Of a DNA stretch of 64,000 nucleotides, positions 28,981-38,065 are shown one piece after another (the stretch's first letter is position 1; each line of letters begins with the position of its first letter). This DNA comes from an uncultured delta proteobacterium. Its GTDB lineage: Bacteria; Myxococcota_A; Polyangia; Polyangiales; Polyangiaceae. The translations under genes were made by a program, and so were the position numbers. The notes below the pieces were generated by a model, which was not told where the DNA came from, made no database searches, and saw only the letters and a program-made list of their open reading frames with translations. The stretch lies in the NCBI GenBank assembly GCA_963716725.1, contig CAVQUB010000005.1:734725-798724 (forward strand), read 5' to 3'.

Positions 28981-29940
28981 ATGGCGCGTTCGGATCTTCT
29001 CCTCAATCTCGTCCGAGCAGGGTCCCTTGGGGACCAGGTCGGCTTTCGGCGCACGGTCGAGGCGCTGATCGCAGAGGAGCGAGAACGCCAGCATCACGTC
29101 GTCGCGGACCGGCTCGTGGAGTACCTTGCGAACAAGGGCAATGGTGCGCGTGGCCCGTCCGCAGATGCGCCCGTCGGCTCCTACGACGAACGGCATCCGG
29201 AGCGCGTCCTGGCCGACCTCGTTCTTCCCGAAACCGTCTCCAACGCGTGCACGGAGCTTGTCGAGGAACAACAGCGTGCGGACCTGCTTCGGTCGCATGC
29301 GATCGAGCCTCGCCACCGGATCCTTCTTGCGGGTCCCCCCGGCAACGGGAAGACGTCTCTCGCGGAGGCGCTGGCTGGCGAGCTCGCGTTGCCCTTGCTC
29401 GTCGTTCGCTACGACGGCGTGATCGGGAGCTTTCTCGGGGAGACTGCCGTTCGGTTGGCGCGTCTCATGGAGCACGTTCGGTCTCGTCGCTGCGTCGTCT
29501 TCTTCGACGAGTTCGACGCGATTGGGAAAGAGCGTGGAGACGAGCACGAGACGGGGGAGATCAAGCGCGTGGTGAGCTCGCTTCTGCTCAACATCGACGC
29601 ACTCCCCTCGTACGTCGTCGTGGTGACGGCCACCAATCATCCCGAACTCCTCGACCGCGCGGTGTGGCGTCGGTTCCAGCTTCGCTTGGAGCTCCCGCCG
29701 CCGAACCGAGAGGCCATTGCCGAGTGGCTCCGAAGGTTCGAACAGCGAAGTGCCCTAAAGTTGGGGCTCACGGCAAAGCAAATCGACGAGCATCTCACCC
29801 GCCTCAGTTTCGCGGAGCTCGAGGAGTTCTGCACCGACGTTCTTCGACGCCTCGTGCTGCAGGGCGCGAAGCGCGACGCGAAGTCCGTGGTGGCATCGCG
29901 CCTGTCGCAGCTGTCGGCTCGGTTTCAGGTTCGGAAGTAG
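28981..29940 (+). CDS. AAA+ ATPase, IetA-like partner of the S8 peptidase
   Basis: MARSDLL..L, GPPGNGKT, FFDEFDAIGKERGD..E.GE.KRVV, ATNH..LLDRAVWRRF. Confidence 0.9.
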   Translation: MARSDLLLNLVRAGSLGDQVGFRRTVEALIAEERERQHHVVADRLVEYLANKGNGARGPSADAPVGSYDERHPERVLADLVLPETVSNACTELVEEQQRADLLRSHAIEPRHRILLAGPPGNGKTSLAEALAGELALPLLVVRYDGVIGSFLGETAVRLARLMEHVRSRRCVVFFDEFDAIGKERGDEHETGEIKRVVSSLLLNIDALPSYVVVVTATNHPELLDRAVWRRFQLRLELPPPNREAIAEWLRRFEQRSALKLGLTAKQIDEHLTRLSFAELEEFCTDVLRRLVLQGAKRDAKSVVASRLSQLSARFQVRK

Positions 29941-29943
29941 GAG

Positions 29944-32502
29944 ATGCCGTCGCCGTCGCGACCGCTTCTCATTTCGCCGCCGGGGTCGAGGCAAGCCTTC
30001 ACTCCGCAACCGCCGCGGGGCGGCGGACCAAGCAATCCAAAGAAGGCGCGGCAGGTCGAGCTCCTTGCGCCGAAGTTCACTGAGCTGCAGCAGGCGCTCG
30101 CCGCACGTCGGGGTGCGCTTCGGGGCGACGCAGCAGGGGTGGCTCTCGAGCAGGTGCTGGTGTTCGAGACGAACGGTCCCGTGAAAGACCTTTGCGACAC
30201 GGTTGCGAAGACGCCCGGTCTCGAATGGATGGCCGACGAGGACGTCCGCGACCTCGCGCCCGACGAGGACTTCTTCGTCGCAGACAAACCTGACAAGCTG
30301 GTCAACGCGCAGCTCTACCTCGTGCTCTTCAACCAACAGGCGGTGGAGCAGCTGTTGTCCCTTTGGCGCTTGTGGAGCACCAATGCTCGGCTGCCGGAGG
30401 AGCACCGCGGCTGGCTCGACGTCTTCCGACGGTTGCGCGACATCCGGCGCTGGGGCGTTCGCGATCGCCTCGAGGAGACCGGCGTCCTCGCCTACTGGCG
30501 CGATCGTGTCGAAGCCGGCTTCGAGACCGTCGGTGTCGAGATCGACCTCTGGTTTCGGCAGACCGAGCAGCGGTCGATGGCGGAGGGGCGCATTCGCGAT
30601 TTCGTCACGCGCGCGAACGGCCAGGTCCTGGCGAGCTGCAGGATCGACGAGATCGCGTACCACTCGCTCGTGTGCAAGCTCCCAATCGCGGCGGTCCAGG
30701 GCATGCTCGACAACCCCGAGGTCGAGCTTCTGCAGTGTGACGAGGTTCGTCTTGTTCGTCCCATTGGACAGGTCGGCGCCCCCATCGTCGCGGACGAGCC
30801 GGAGCAAGAGGAAGAAGCCGGTGGAGGCCAGGAAAGCGAGCTCAGCGATCCTCTCGTCGCACTCCTGGATGGCCTGCCGCTAGAGAACCACCGACGGCTT
30901 GCCGGCCGCCTCGTGGTCGACGACCCAGACGAATGGGCTGAGACCTACCCCGTGGCGAGCCGCTGTCACGGCACGGCGATGGCGTCGCTGATCCTGCACG
31001 GCGACCTGGGCGCGAGCGAGGAGCCCGCGCGCCAACGTCTTTACGTTCGGCCGATCCTGCGCCCGGACAGCTTTGGCGGACGATCGGAGCAAGCGCCCGA
31101 GGATCGCTCTTGGGTCGATCTGATCCATCGAGCGGTTCGCCGCGTGGTTGCGGGTGACGGGAACCTGCCCCCAGCCGCGCCGTCGGTGCGCGTGATCAGT
31201 CTGTCGGTCGGGGATCCATACCAGCCGTTCATCCGATCGATGAGCCCGCTCGCGAAACTGCTGGATTGGCTCTCGTGGCGGTATCGCGTCCTGTTCATCG
31301 TCAGTGCCGGAAATCATCGGGCGCCGATCATCGTTTCCGGACGCGCGGACGACGTGAAGCCTGAGACGATCGTCGCGGCTGTTGCCGGCGGGAAGCGACA
31401 CCGTCGAATTTTGTCGCCGGCGGAGGCGGTGAATGCTCTCTCGGTCGGCGCGACCGCAGAGGACGCTAGCGGGACGTGGAAGCCCCGCGCTTCGAACGAA
31501 CACGACCTTGCGCTGCCCGACGGACTCCCGAGTCCGATCAGCGGCCTGGGCCGCGGATATCGACGCGCCGTGAAGCCCGATGTTCTCGCGCCGGGCGGAC
31601 GTGTCGTGTTCCTCGCCGGTGACGGCGCGAACGGCGAAACCCGGTTCGAGCTTGCCGAGCCGCGCCCACGTATCCCGCCCGGCCACCGGGTCGCCGCCCC
31701 GAGCGCAACGCAGGGCGACCTGTCCGGTGTTCGGTACTCGGCCGGAACCAGCAACGCGGCGGCGTTGGTCAGTCGAGCGGCGCTCCGCATCGCCGACGCA
31801 CTACGAGACCTCGGCGAACAACCGAATGCGGCGCAGCTCGAACGAGTACCGATGGCGCTATGGCTGCGAACGCTCCTGGCCCACAGCGCGAGCTGGTCAT
31901 CCGAAGCAAGCAAGCTGGCGGAGCGCGCCCTCCGAACGGAGAGCAACAAGCACACGTTCACCGACGAGGTGTCGGCGCTCCTCGGGTTCGGTACGATTCG
32001 TCCCGAGCGCGTGGTCACTTGCACGGAGGAGCGCGCCACCATCCTCGTAGGCGGCGACATCGCTGCGGACGAGCGATACGTGCATCGCGTCCCGCTGCCA
32101 CCGTCATTGAACGCGCACACGGCGTGGCGACGCCTCACCGTAACCCTGAGCTGGTTCTCACCCATCAACCCGACGCATCGGAAGTATCGTCGCGCCGCCC
32201 TGTGGTTTGAGGCTCCCGGCCAGCGGGAATTGTTGGTGCAGCGTCGCGGTGTCGACTGGCAGGCCGTGAGGCGGGGGACGCTGCAGCATGAGGTCCTCGA
32301 GGGAGCCCGCGGAGCCATCAACATCCAAGCCGATGGCCATCTGGAGATCCCCGTGACGTGTCTCGCTGAAGCGGGCTTGCTCGACGAACGCCTCCCGTAC
32401 GCGATGGCCGTTACGCTGGAGGTCGCTCCCGGCGTGAACACGAAGATCTACGACGAGGTTCGCGCACGCATTGCGCCGCGCGTGTCGGTCCGTCGCGCGT
32501 AG
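29944..32502 (+). CDS. S8 (subtilisin-like) serine peptidase, IetS-like
   Basis: Triad LLDG / HGTAMAS / GTSNAA, SAGN oxyanion motif, RGTLQHE, PYA.AVTLE; no signal peptide; 3 nt after the ATPase. Confidence 0.9.
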   Translation: MPSPSRPLLISPPGSRQAFTPQPPRGGGPSNPKKARQVELLAPKFTELQQALAARRGALRGDAAGVALEQVLVFETNGPVKDLCDTVAKTPGLEWMADEDVRDLAPDEDFFVADKPDKLVNAQLYLVLFNQQAVEQLLSLWRLWSTNARLPEEHRGWLDVFRRLRDIRRWGVRDRLEETGVLAYWRDRVEAGFETVGVEIDLWFRQTEQRSMAEGRIRDFVTRANGQVLASCRIDEIAYHSLVCKLPIAAVQGMLDNPEVELLQCDEVRLVRPIGQVGAPIVADEPEQEEEAGGGQESELSDPLVALLDGLPLENHRRLAGRLVVDDPDEWAETYPVASRCHGTAMASLILHGDLGASEEPARQRLYVRPILRPDSFGGRSEQAPEDRSWVDLIHRAVRRVVAGDGNLPPAAPSVRVISLSVGDPYQPFIRSMSPLAKLLDWLSWRYRVLFIVSAGNHRAPIIVSGRADDVKPETIVAAVAGGKRHRRILSPAEAVNALSVGATAEDASGTWKPRASNEHDLALPDGLPSPISGLGRGYRRAVKPDVLAPGGRVVFLAGDGANGETRFELAEPRPRIPPGHRVAAPSATQGDLSGVRYSAGTSNAAALVSRAALRIADALRDLGEQPNAAQLERVPMALWLRTLLAHSASWSSEASKLAERALRTESNKHTFTDEVSALLGFGTIRPERVVTCTEERATILVGGDIAADERYVHRVPLPPSLNAHTAWRRLTVTLSWFSPINPTHRKYRRAALWFEAPGQRELLVQRRGVDWQAVRRGTLQHEVLEGARGAINIQADGHLEIPVTCLAEAGLLDERLPYAMAVTLEVAPGVNTKIYDEVRARIAPRVSVRRA

Positions 32503-32532
32503 GAGCGTCCAGCTGCCAAGACCGACCGAAGC

Positions 32533-32596
32533 TCAGGGCACGCGCCGCGGTTCGAGGTGCGTGATCAATGTGAGGCGGTTCTCGCTGATCGCTTCC
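32533..32596 (-). repeat. Repeat D copy 3 (EAISENRLTLITHLEPRRVP*)
   Basis: Same boundary (gcttcc on +) as copy 2. Confidence 0.75.
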
Positions 32597-32642
32597 GGAT
32601 GTGCACAGTGGTCAGCGCCGACGGAACTGCACCAGGTGCCTC

Positions 32643-32696
32643 GCGGGCGCCTTGCCGAATCTCGCGCCCGCGCGGGCGGAGGGGACGCGTTGCTCC
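32643..32696. repeat. Diverged partial copy of the non-coding arm (core also at 24122-24142)
   Basis: gcgggcgccttgccgaatctcgcgcccgcgcgggcggaggggacgcgttgctcc versus acgggcgcagtgccgatgctcgcgcgcacgcggacggaggggacgcgttgttcc. Confidence 0.75.
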
Positions 32697-33248
32697 GCGC
32701 CCGATGCATGCTCGTTCCCGATGGCATGCCGCTGTGTCGTCCGCGACCGCGCTCGCTTCCACGACCGCCTCGTGAGCTTCCGAGCACACGGCTGCCGCCA
32801 GCGCCGCGGCCGGGCCCCGCCCAAGCGGCGCACGAGGCGCGCCAAGCACTTTGGTTTCACCGATGGGTGTCTCGACGCCGCGGCGCACGCGCGTCGCAAG
32901 CGCCACGCAGCCCCCCCAATGTTGGTCAGCTTGGCGCTCGGCGCTGCCGCGGCCGAGGCAGCCGTGCTCATCGGGCGAGCCATCGCGCGTCTTCGGCGGC
33001 CTGCGGGCACTCGACTCCAGTCTTGACCGATGTCATATTGTTCGGGAGTTTTGCGGAGTACATTGATCGGACAATGAGGTCCACCGACAGTGCCGGGCGT
33101 GCCCCCCCCCCATCCTCTATGGCCCGGAATACGGCGGGAATGGCGGGAATGCAGGACCACAAGGATGGCTGATCCGGGTTGGGTACGACACCTACAACCT
33201 CGGCTCGGTCGTACCTTAGGGCGCGGCCATCGCGTCGAGAGGTGCGGC

Positions 33249-34813
33249 ATGGCAGATGACCTGGGCCATCGCAGGGTCTCTCGGGGCAGGTTGAGGGCGT
33301 TGGCTGGCGTCGCTGTTGCGCTGGGCGCTCTCGGCAGTTCGAAGGCAGCCCAAGCGGTGAACTGTCCGACAGACGGCGTGACGTGGAGCGCCGACATCCC
33401 AGCGAAGATCACGGTCAAGGACCACCCGAACTTCCCGGGCACCACTGCCTACATCCACAACCAAGATTACCTCTGGTACCTCTCGGTGCCCGCCGTCGTC
33501 AACAACGTCAAGGTTCACTGGTCCAGCTTCAACATCGAGGACAGCCCCCAACATCCGCCAGCCTGGGACTACTTCGCGGTCATTGGCGGCTCGAACTATG
33601 GGACTGTTCTCTACTACGACGGGAATCGCGGCGGCCTGTGGGAGGCTCCTTGGGGGCTGCCCGCTCCGTCGCAGCGGTACTGGCTCATATGGCACACAGA
33701 CCCGAGCGTCTCGATCGCTGGCGGCCACCCGTACATCGACAAGGTCCAGGTTCGATGCAATCCGATGGCCGTCGCCCAACCCTACGCGATGAGCCTCCAG
33801 CAAGAGATGCAAGGGATTCTTTTCGGCACCGGGCAGACGACGCACTTCTTCGTCGATGTTCCGGCAAATAGGCCGCTCTTTCTGACGCTGGACGGTCATC
33901 CCGCAAACGCCGACTTCGACCTGTACGCGGACACAACCAACCGGCTTCCGGGGCCGGGCGCGCAATGGTCGAGCACGAGCGCTGCTGCCAGTGAGTCGAT
34001 TCTGACTTGGTCCTTCGCGAGCACGAAGCGAATCTACGTAACGGCGAAGGTTCGTTCGTGCTTCATCCGTACGCTCCGAAATACACGGGCGTCGCCAGGA
34101 AGGTCTGCGCGCAGCAGCAGGTGGGACCCGTGCTCGGTTCGGCGTGGACCAAATTCGTGAACGACTTGAAACGTACATCGATGCGGATGCTGCAAGCGAC
34201 GAATGGCAGCCTGTTCATTTCGACGTGGAACGTCCATCAGATCCCCCTGGTGTACAGGCCTGATGGATATCCAAAAAACTGGTGCAACGAGATCGACTCC
34301 AGCTGCGAGATTTGCGTGAACCACCCGCTGAGCGATAGCCCATGTGCTGATCAGTCAAACGGCGGCGTCAGCCGGATGCCCGGTTTCAACTGCGTCTCAC
34401 AACACGACTCCGACTGGCAGTCGGTCGTCAACGTCCATGAGCAGGGGCACAGCAAATTGGGCCTCGATGATGAGTACAACTGGTGTGGCGCGAATGGCAT
34501 CAACTGGATTTGTCCGACATGTGGCTGCGGCGCGTTCTGCGGTCACGGCCTGATGAATGGTCCCGCGACGCATGTCTTCTGCACCGGGTCTTCGCCGAGC
34601 AATAACCGACACTGTGTGGACGGGCTGCCCGGAGTGGTGAAGAACCCGGACATCTCTACGCCCTGCGTCTACTACGGCTCCAGCTGGTATCAACTCTCGA
34701 ACTACGCGCCCTACTATGACCCGCCCCCTGGGCCTAACCCGGACGCGGCCTATGATCTTGTTTTCAACGCAAGCGCTCTGTCGAGGGCGTCCGTCTGGTA
34801 CTACAACCTCTGA
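33249..34813 (+). CDS. Secreted protein with CUB-like and PPC-like domains plus zinc-metalloprotease motif; frameshift near 34040
   Basis: Signal (AAQA), FNIED..WDY, NADFDLY. The second frame continues NGEGSFVL...HEQGHSKLGLDDEY (HExxH...DEY) with a Cys-rich tail. Confidence 0.6.
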
Positions 34814-34840
34814 CCACGGCGTTCGAACGAGGAGAACCCA

Positions 34841-35767
34841 ATGACCGCTCCACTCTCGACCCGGACAATTCGCTGCGCGCTTCTGGTCGCGACGTCCACC
34901 GCGTGCCAGAGCGCTGAAGAACCGAGACACGAAAAGCCGGGGGTGCAACCCCCGACCCCGCAAACACAAGAAGCGAACCAGGGGCCGCTGCGGGTGTTTC
35001 CTTCGGATTTTGCGCCAGGCAAGACCAATGTGCCGGTGGAAGCCCGACTATCGTTCTCGATGGAGCGCACTTCCGGCGAGCCGCTTGATCAGAGTGCGAC
35101 ACTGGCATCCCATGCCGTGTTCCGGCACGAATCCTCCGGAAAGGAAGTTCCTGCAAAGGTGGAGGCATCTGACGAGAAGGGCAATCCTGCCAGCGCGTTC
35201 TTCTACTTCGCGCCGACCACCCTTCTCCAGCCTGATGCCTGGTATCAACTCGAGATCTCCCCGTCATCAGAAATCCAAGTGTTGGATGGCGACGGCCAGG
35301 TGGATACCTCCGCGATCTGGAAGCGCCCGTTCTTCACCGGAAGTGCCCCGCACGTCGCGCGTGTCGAGGTCATTCCCAAGTCGAATCAAGTTCGCGTGGA
35401 GTTCAGCGAACCGGTGGAGGCAACGAACCTGGTCGCGAGCAAGGTGTTGGTGGCGGCCGGCCAGAGCGCTGCCAAATGCCTGTACCTGGCGGGGGACTGC
35501 GTGACCGGGACGAGCGCGGACGGACCTATTCTCCGAGACCTGGTCTTTCAACTCACCGGGCCCAGCGGGAAGACACCAGTAATTGAAGTGGTTGTACCGT
35601 CCGCCCTCGAGGGATCTCCGCGTACCGTCGGCGAAGGCAAGCAGGTGGCGGGAACGCCCTGGGCTCAGCTTGCGGGTGCGGGCGAGGTGAAGTTCCTCAC
35701 CGCCGCACGCGGAAAATGGAGCGCTTGCCAGCAAGGGGCGGCGGAATGTTGGTCATACGAACGATAA
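34841..35767 (+). CDS. Lipoprotein with Ig-like (Big_5-type) domains
   Basis: STAC lipobox, P..G.TNVP, F.P...L.P...Y, VEFSEPV. Confidence 0.65.
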   Translation: MTAPLSTRTIRCALLVATSTACQSAEEPRHEKPGVQPPTPQTQEANQGPLRVFPSDFAPGKTNVPVEARLSFSMERTSGEPLDQSATLASHAVFRHESSGKEVPAKVEASDEKGNPASAFFYFAPTTLLQPDAWYQLEISPSSEIQVLDGDGQVDTSAIWKRPFFTGSAPHVARVEVIPKSNQVRVEFSEPVEATNLVASKVLVAAGQSAAKCLYLAGDCVTGTSADGPILRDLVFQLTGPSGKTPVIEVVVPSALEGSPRTVGEGKQVAGTPWAQLAGAGEVKFLTAARGKWSACQQGAAECWSYER

Positions 35768-36063
35768 TCGTGCTGGCGCTCTTGTGTTTGCCGCTAGGCG
35801 GATGTTCGAGCGAGCCGCAGGAGCCAACCTGCGCCGCCTGCCAGAAGGAGTACGCGTCCTGTTCGTTCCCGAACCTGCAGGAGGCCCTGGAGTTTCAGAT
35901 CCGATCGCGCGACGCGCTTGGATGTTCAGGCGTCGTGCAGGGCGCCAGCGTGCGATTGGAGTGTGACCCGTTGAGGTTCTGCGTGGATTCCGTTGCGACT
36001 TGTTACCCCGCCACGTATTCCGACGGAGTTCTGCACTTCGGCCAAGGGAATGCGTGCGGGTGA
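35746..36063 (+). CDS. Small Cys-rich lipoprotein
   Basis: LPLGGC lipobox followed by 8 further Cys. Confidence 0.55.
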   Translation: MLVIRTIIVLALLCLPLGGCSSEPQEPTCAACQKEYASCSFPNLQEALEFQIRSRDALGCSGVVQGASVRLECDPLRFCVDSVATCYPATYSDGVLHFGQGNACG

Positions 36064-36112
36064 CGAGACCGTGGCGCGCGTCATTCCTTGTCGCCGCTGA
36101 TGGAACGGTGAT

Positions 36113-36240
36113 CTAGCCGGGGCTCGCGCCCTGCAGGCAATACAGAAAGAAATCCGGGCAACAGTCCAGGTTCGCGACGCAGATCACGTCGCAGTAACAG
36201 CCGGCGCCTTGCGCTTCGGGCGATCCACATTTGCCGCCGC
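36113..36240 (-). pseudogene. 3' fragment encoding a somatomedin-B-like domain
   Basis: GKCG......GCYCDVICVANLDCCPDFFLYC. Confidence 0.6.
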
Positions 36241-36709
36241 GGTCGCCGACAATCTGCCGGAGTACTGCGTGCGGCTCACGACGACGGATCTGCGCAGCGG
36301 CAACAAGACCGAGTCTGCCGACTTGTGCGCTGCTTCGAGCGGCAACGCTCCGGCAGATCCCTCGATGGGCTGGGAGGGCGCGGTTGGCACCTGCAACGCA
36401 CCGCCACACCCCGACTTGCTCACGCTGTGGTGCGCCGGGCACAGCGCCGCCGTGGAGTGTGGCGGGCCCGGAAGCGGCGGGAGCCCCGGAAGCGGCGGCA
36501 GCCCCGGCGGTGGTGGGAGCGGCGCGAGCCCGGGACCGTCGTCCGACTCCGGGGCATGCGCCAGCACTCGGTCAGCCAAGCTGCCCGTCTCGGCGCTGTG
36601 GTGGCTGGCGGTCGCCGCCGGTGCTTGGATCGCCCGTCGCCGCGCCCCCGCGCTTACCCCCCCGGTCGCTTCACCGGTTTCTCCAAACACAACCGCGCCG
36701 CGGGTTTGA
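36240..36709 (+). pseudogene. C-terminal fragment of a MYXO-CTERM-type protein
   Basis: EYCVRL..., Gly/Ser linker, DSGAC, hydrophobic segment, RRR; lacks an N-terminus. Confidence 0.55.
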
Positions 36710-37142
36710 AACCTGCCCGTTGGAAGAACTTGATCAGGTCGACCTGATCCCACTCGATCTGCGTCTGCAGGCGCTCGATGCCGAGGGCTGACAAGTTCAT
36801 TTCGAGCTGGCGCATCAGCGCGGCGCCGACGTGTTGGCCTGCGAACGCCGGCGAGACGCCGAGCGAGTCGAGGATGGCGACGGGCTCGGGCTGGCCGAAC
36901 TCGCCGTAGTACAGGCGGCCCATCAAGAAGCCCGCGGGCTCGCCCTTGACGAAGGCCGCGAGCGAGATGCGCACGCCGGTGTCCTTGGCGACCTCGCCCA
37001 GCTTCACCTTGTAGTACTCGCGGCGCTGCTTGCCGCTGTGCTGGCTGTCGATGCGAATGACCCAGTCCAGGTCTTTGGCGTCGAGGTTTCTGACCTCGAC
37101 GGAATCGGTCTCGAGAGTCCCGGGTTGCTCCTGCATGCTCAT
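36654..37142 (-). CDS. GNAT acetyltransferase of the benzoyl-CoA reductase cluster (BadL-like)
   Basis: VRNL...DL, GEFG, ILDSLGVSPAFAGQHVGAAL, FF...GF.PA.RL.LE; GAGGA RBS; follows bcrD. Confidence 0.8.
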   Translation of the reverse strand: MSMQEQPGTLETDSVEVRNLDAKDLDWVIRIDSQHSGKQRREYYKVKLGEVAKDTGVRISLAAFVKGEPAGFLMGRLYYGEFGQPEPVAILDSLGVSPAFAGQHVGAALMRQLEMNLSALGIERLQTQIEWDQVDLIKFFQRAGFKPAARLCLEKPVKRPGG

Positions 37143-37159
37143 GTCGAATCCTCCACTCC

Positions 37160-38053
37160 TCAAACTGTCGCCTGGGCCAGCACGGCGGCCGCGCGACCCT
37201 TCTTCTCGAGCTGCTCGTAGCGGAACGCGCCGAGCAACGCCGCGCCGATGGCGCCGGCCAAGATGCCGTCCGAGAAGGTCTTGATCACCACCTCGGCGTG
37301 CTGCTTCTTGCTCTTCTTGGTCTTCTCTTCGGCGAAGAGCTGCTCGATGGCCGCCACCATGCCGACGTCCTTCGAGAGGCCGCCGGTCACGACCACGTTG
37401 CCCTCGGCGCCGACCGCGCGCAGGAGCTGCACCAGCCGACCCGCGATGCTCAGGTGGATGCCCTTCAAGATGTCCGAGGTGCTGATGCCGCGGGCCACCA
37501 TGTTGATCACGTCGGTCTCGGCCAGCACCGCGCAGATGCTGGAGACCTTCTCGGGGCTCTCGCTCTGTTTGCTGAGCTCGCCCACGTCGTCCAGGGGCAC
37601 GCCCAGGTAGCGCGCGATGTTCTCCAGGAACTGCCCGCTGCCGCTGGCGCACTGGCTGGTCATGCGGTGCGAGAGCACGCGCCCGTCTTCGTTCATTCTG
37701 AGCCCGCGGGCGTGAAGGCCGCCGATGTCGAGGGCCGCTCGGGCCGTCGGATCGAGGAAGAGCGCGCCGCGCGCGTGGGTCGTCATGCTGTAGAAGTGGC
37801 CGGTGCGGAAGCCGACCGCGTCGCCGTCGCCGGTGGACGCGACGTAGTCGAAGTCCTTGGGTCCGACTCCCGCGGCGGCGCAGGCCTCTTCGAAGCCTGC
37901 GCTGACCACGTCCGCCACTTTGCGCCGCCGGATGCGCTGCACGCTTTGGGCGAGCAGCTTGGCGTCAGCGCCGGCGCGGCTGCGCATGATGGCGACTTTG
38001 ACGGCGCTCGAGCCGGGATCGATCCCGACGGTCAGGTGCTCACGTGTTGACAT
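37160..38053 (-). CDS. bcrD: Benzoyl-CoA reductase subunit D
   Basis: GIDPGS..VK, GHFYSMTTHARGA, MTSQCASGSGQFLENIARYLG, VSSICAVLAETDVINMV. Confidence 0.9.
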   Translation of the reverse strand: MSTREHLTVGIDPGSSAVKVAIMRSRAGADAKLLAQSVQRIRRRKVADVVSAGFEEACAAAGVGPKDFDYVASTGDGDAVGFRTGHFYSMTTHARGALFLDPTARAALDIGGLHARGLRMNEDGRVLSHRMTSQCASGSGQFLENIARYLGVPLDDVGELSKQSESPEKVSSICAVLAETDVINMVARGISTSDILKGIHLSIAGRLVQLLRAVGAEGNVVVTGGLSKDVGMVAAIEQLFAEEKTKKSKKQHAEVVIKTFSDGILAGAIGAALLGAFRYEQLEKKGRAAAVLAQATV

Positions 38054-38065
38054 CGATCTGGCTCC

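Noticed and set aside
25777..32696. CRISPR array or classical integron interpretation of the repeats
   Set aside because: Repeats are 40-140 bp and kilobases apart. No cas or intI gene is present and I could not see attC R-box ends.
32600..33200. Several overlapping ORFs after the S8 peptidase
   Set aside because: Arg/Pro-rich with no recognisable motif or RBS; partly made of the arm repeat.
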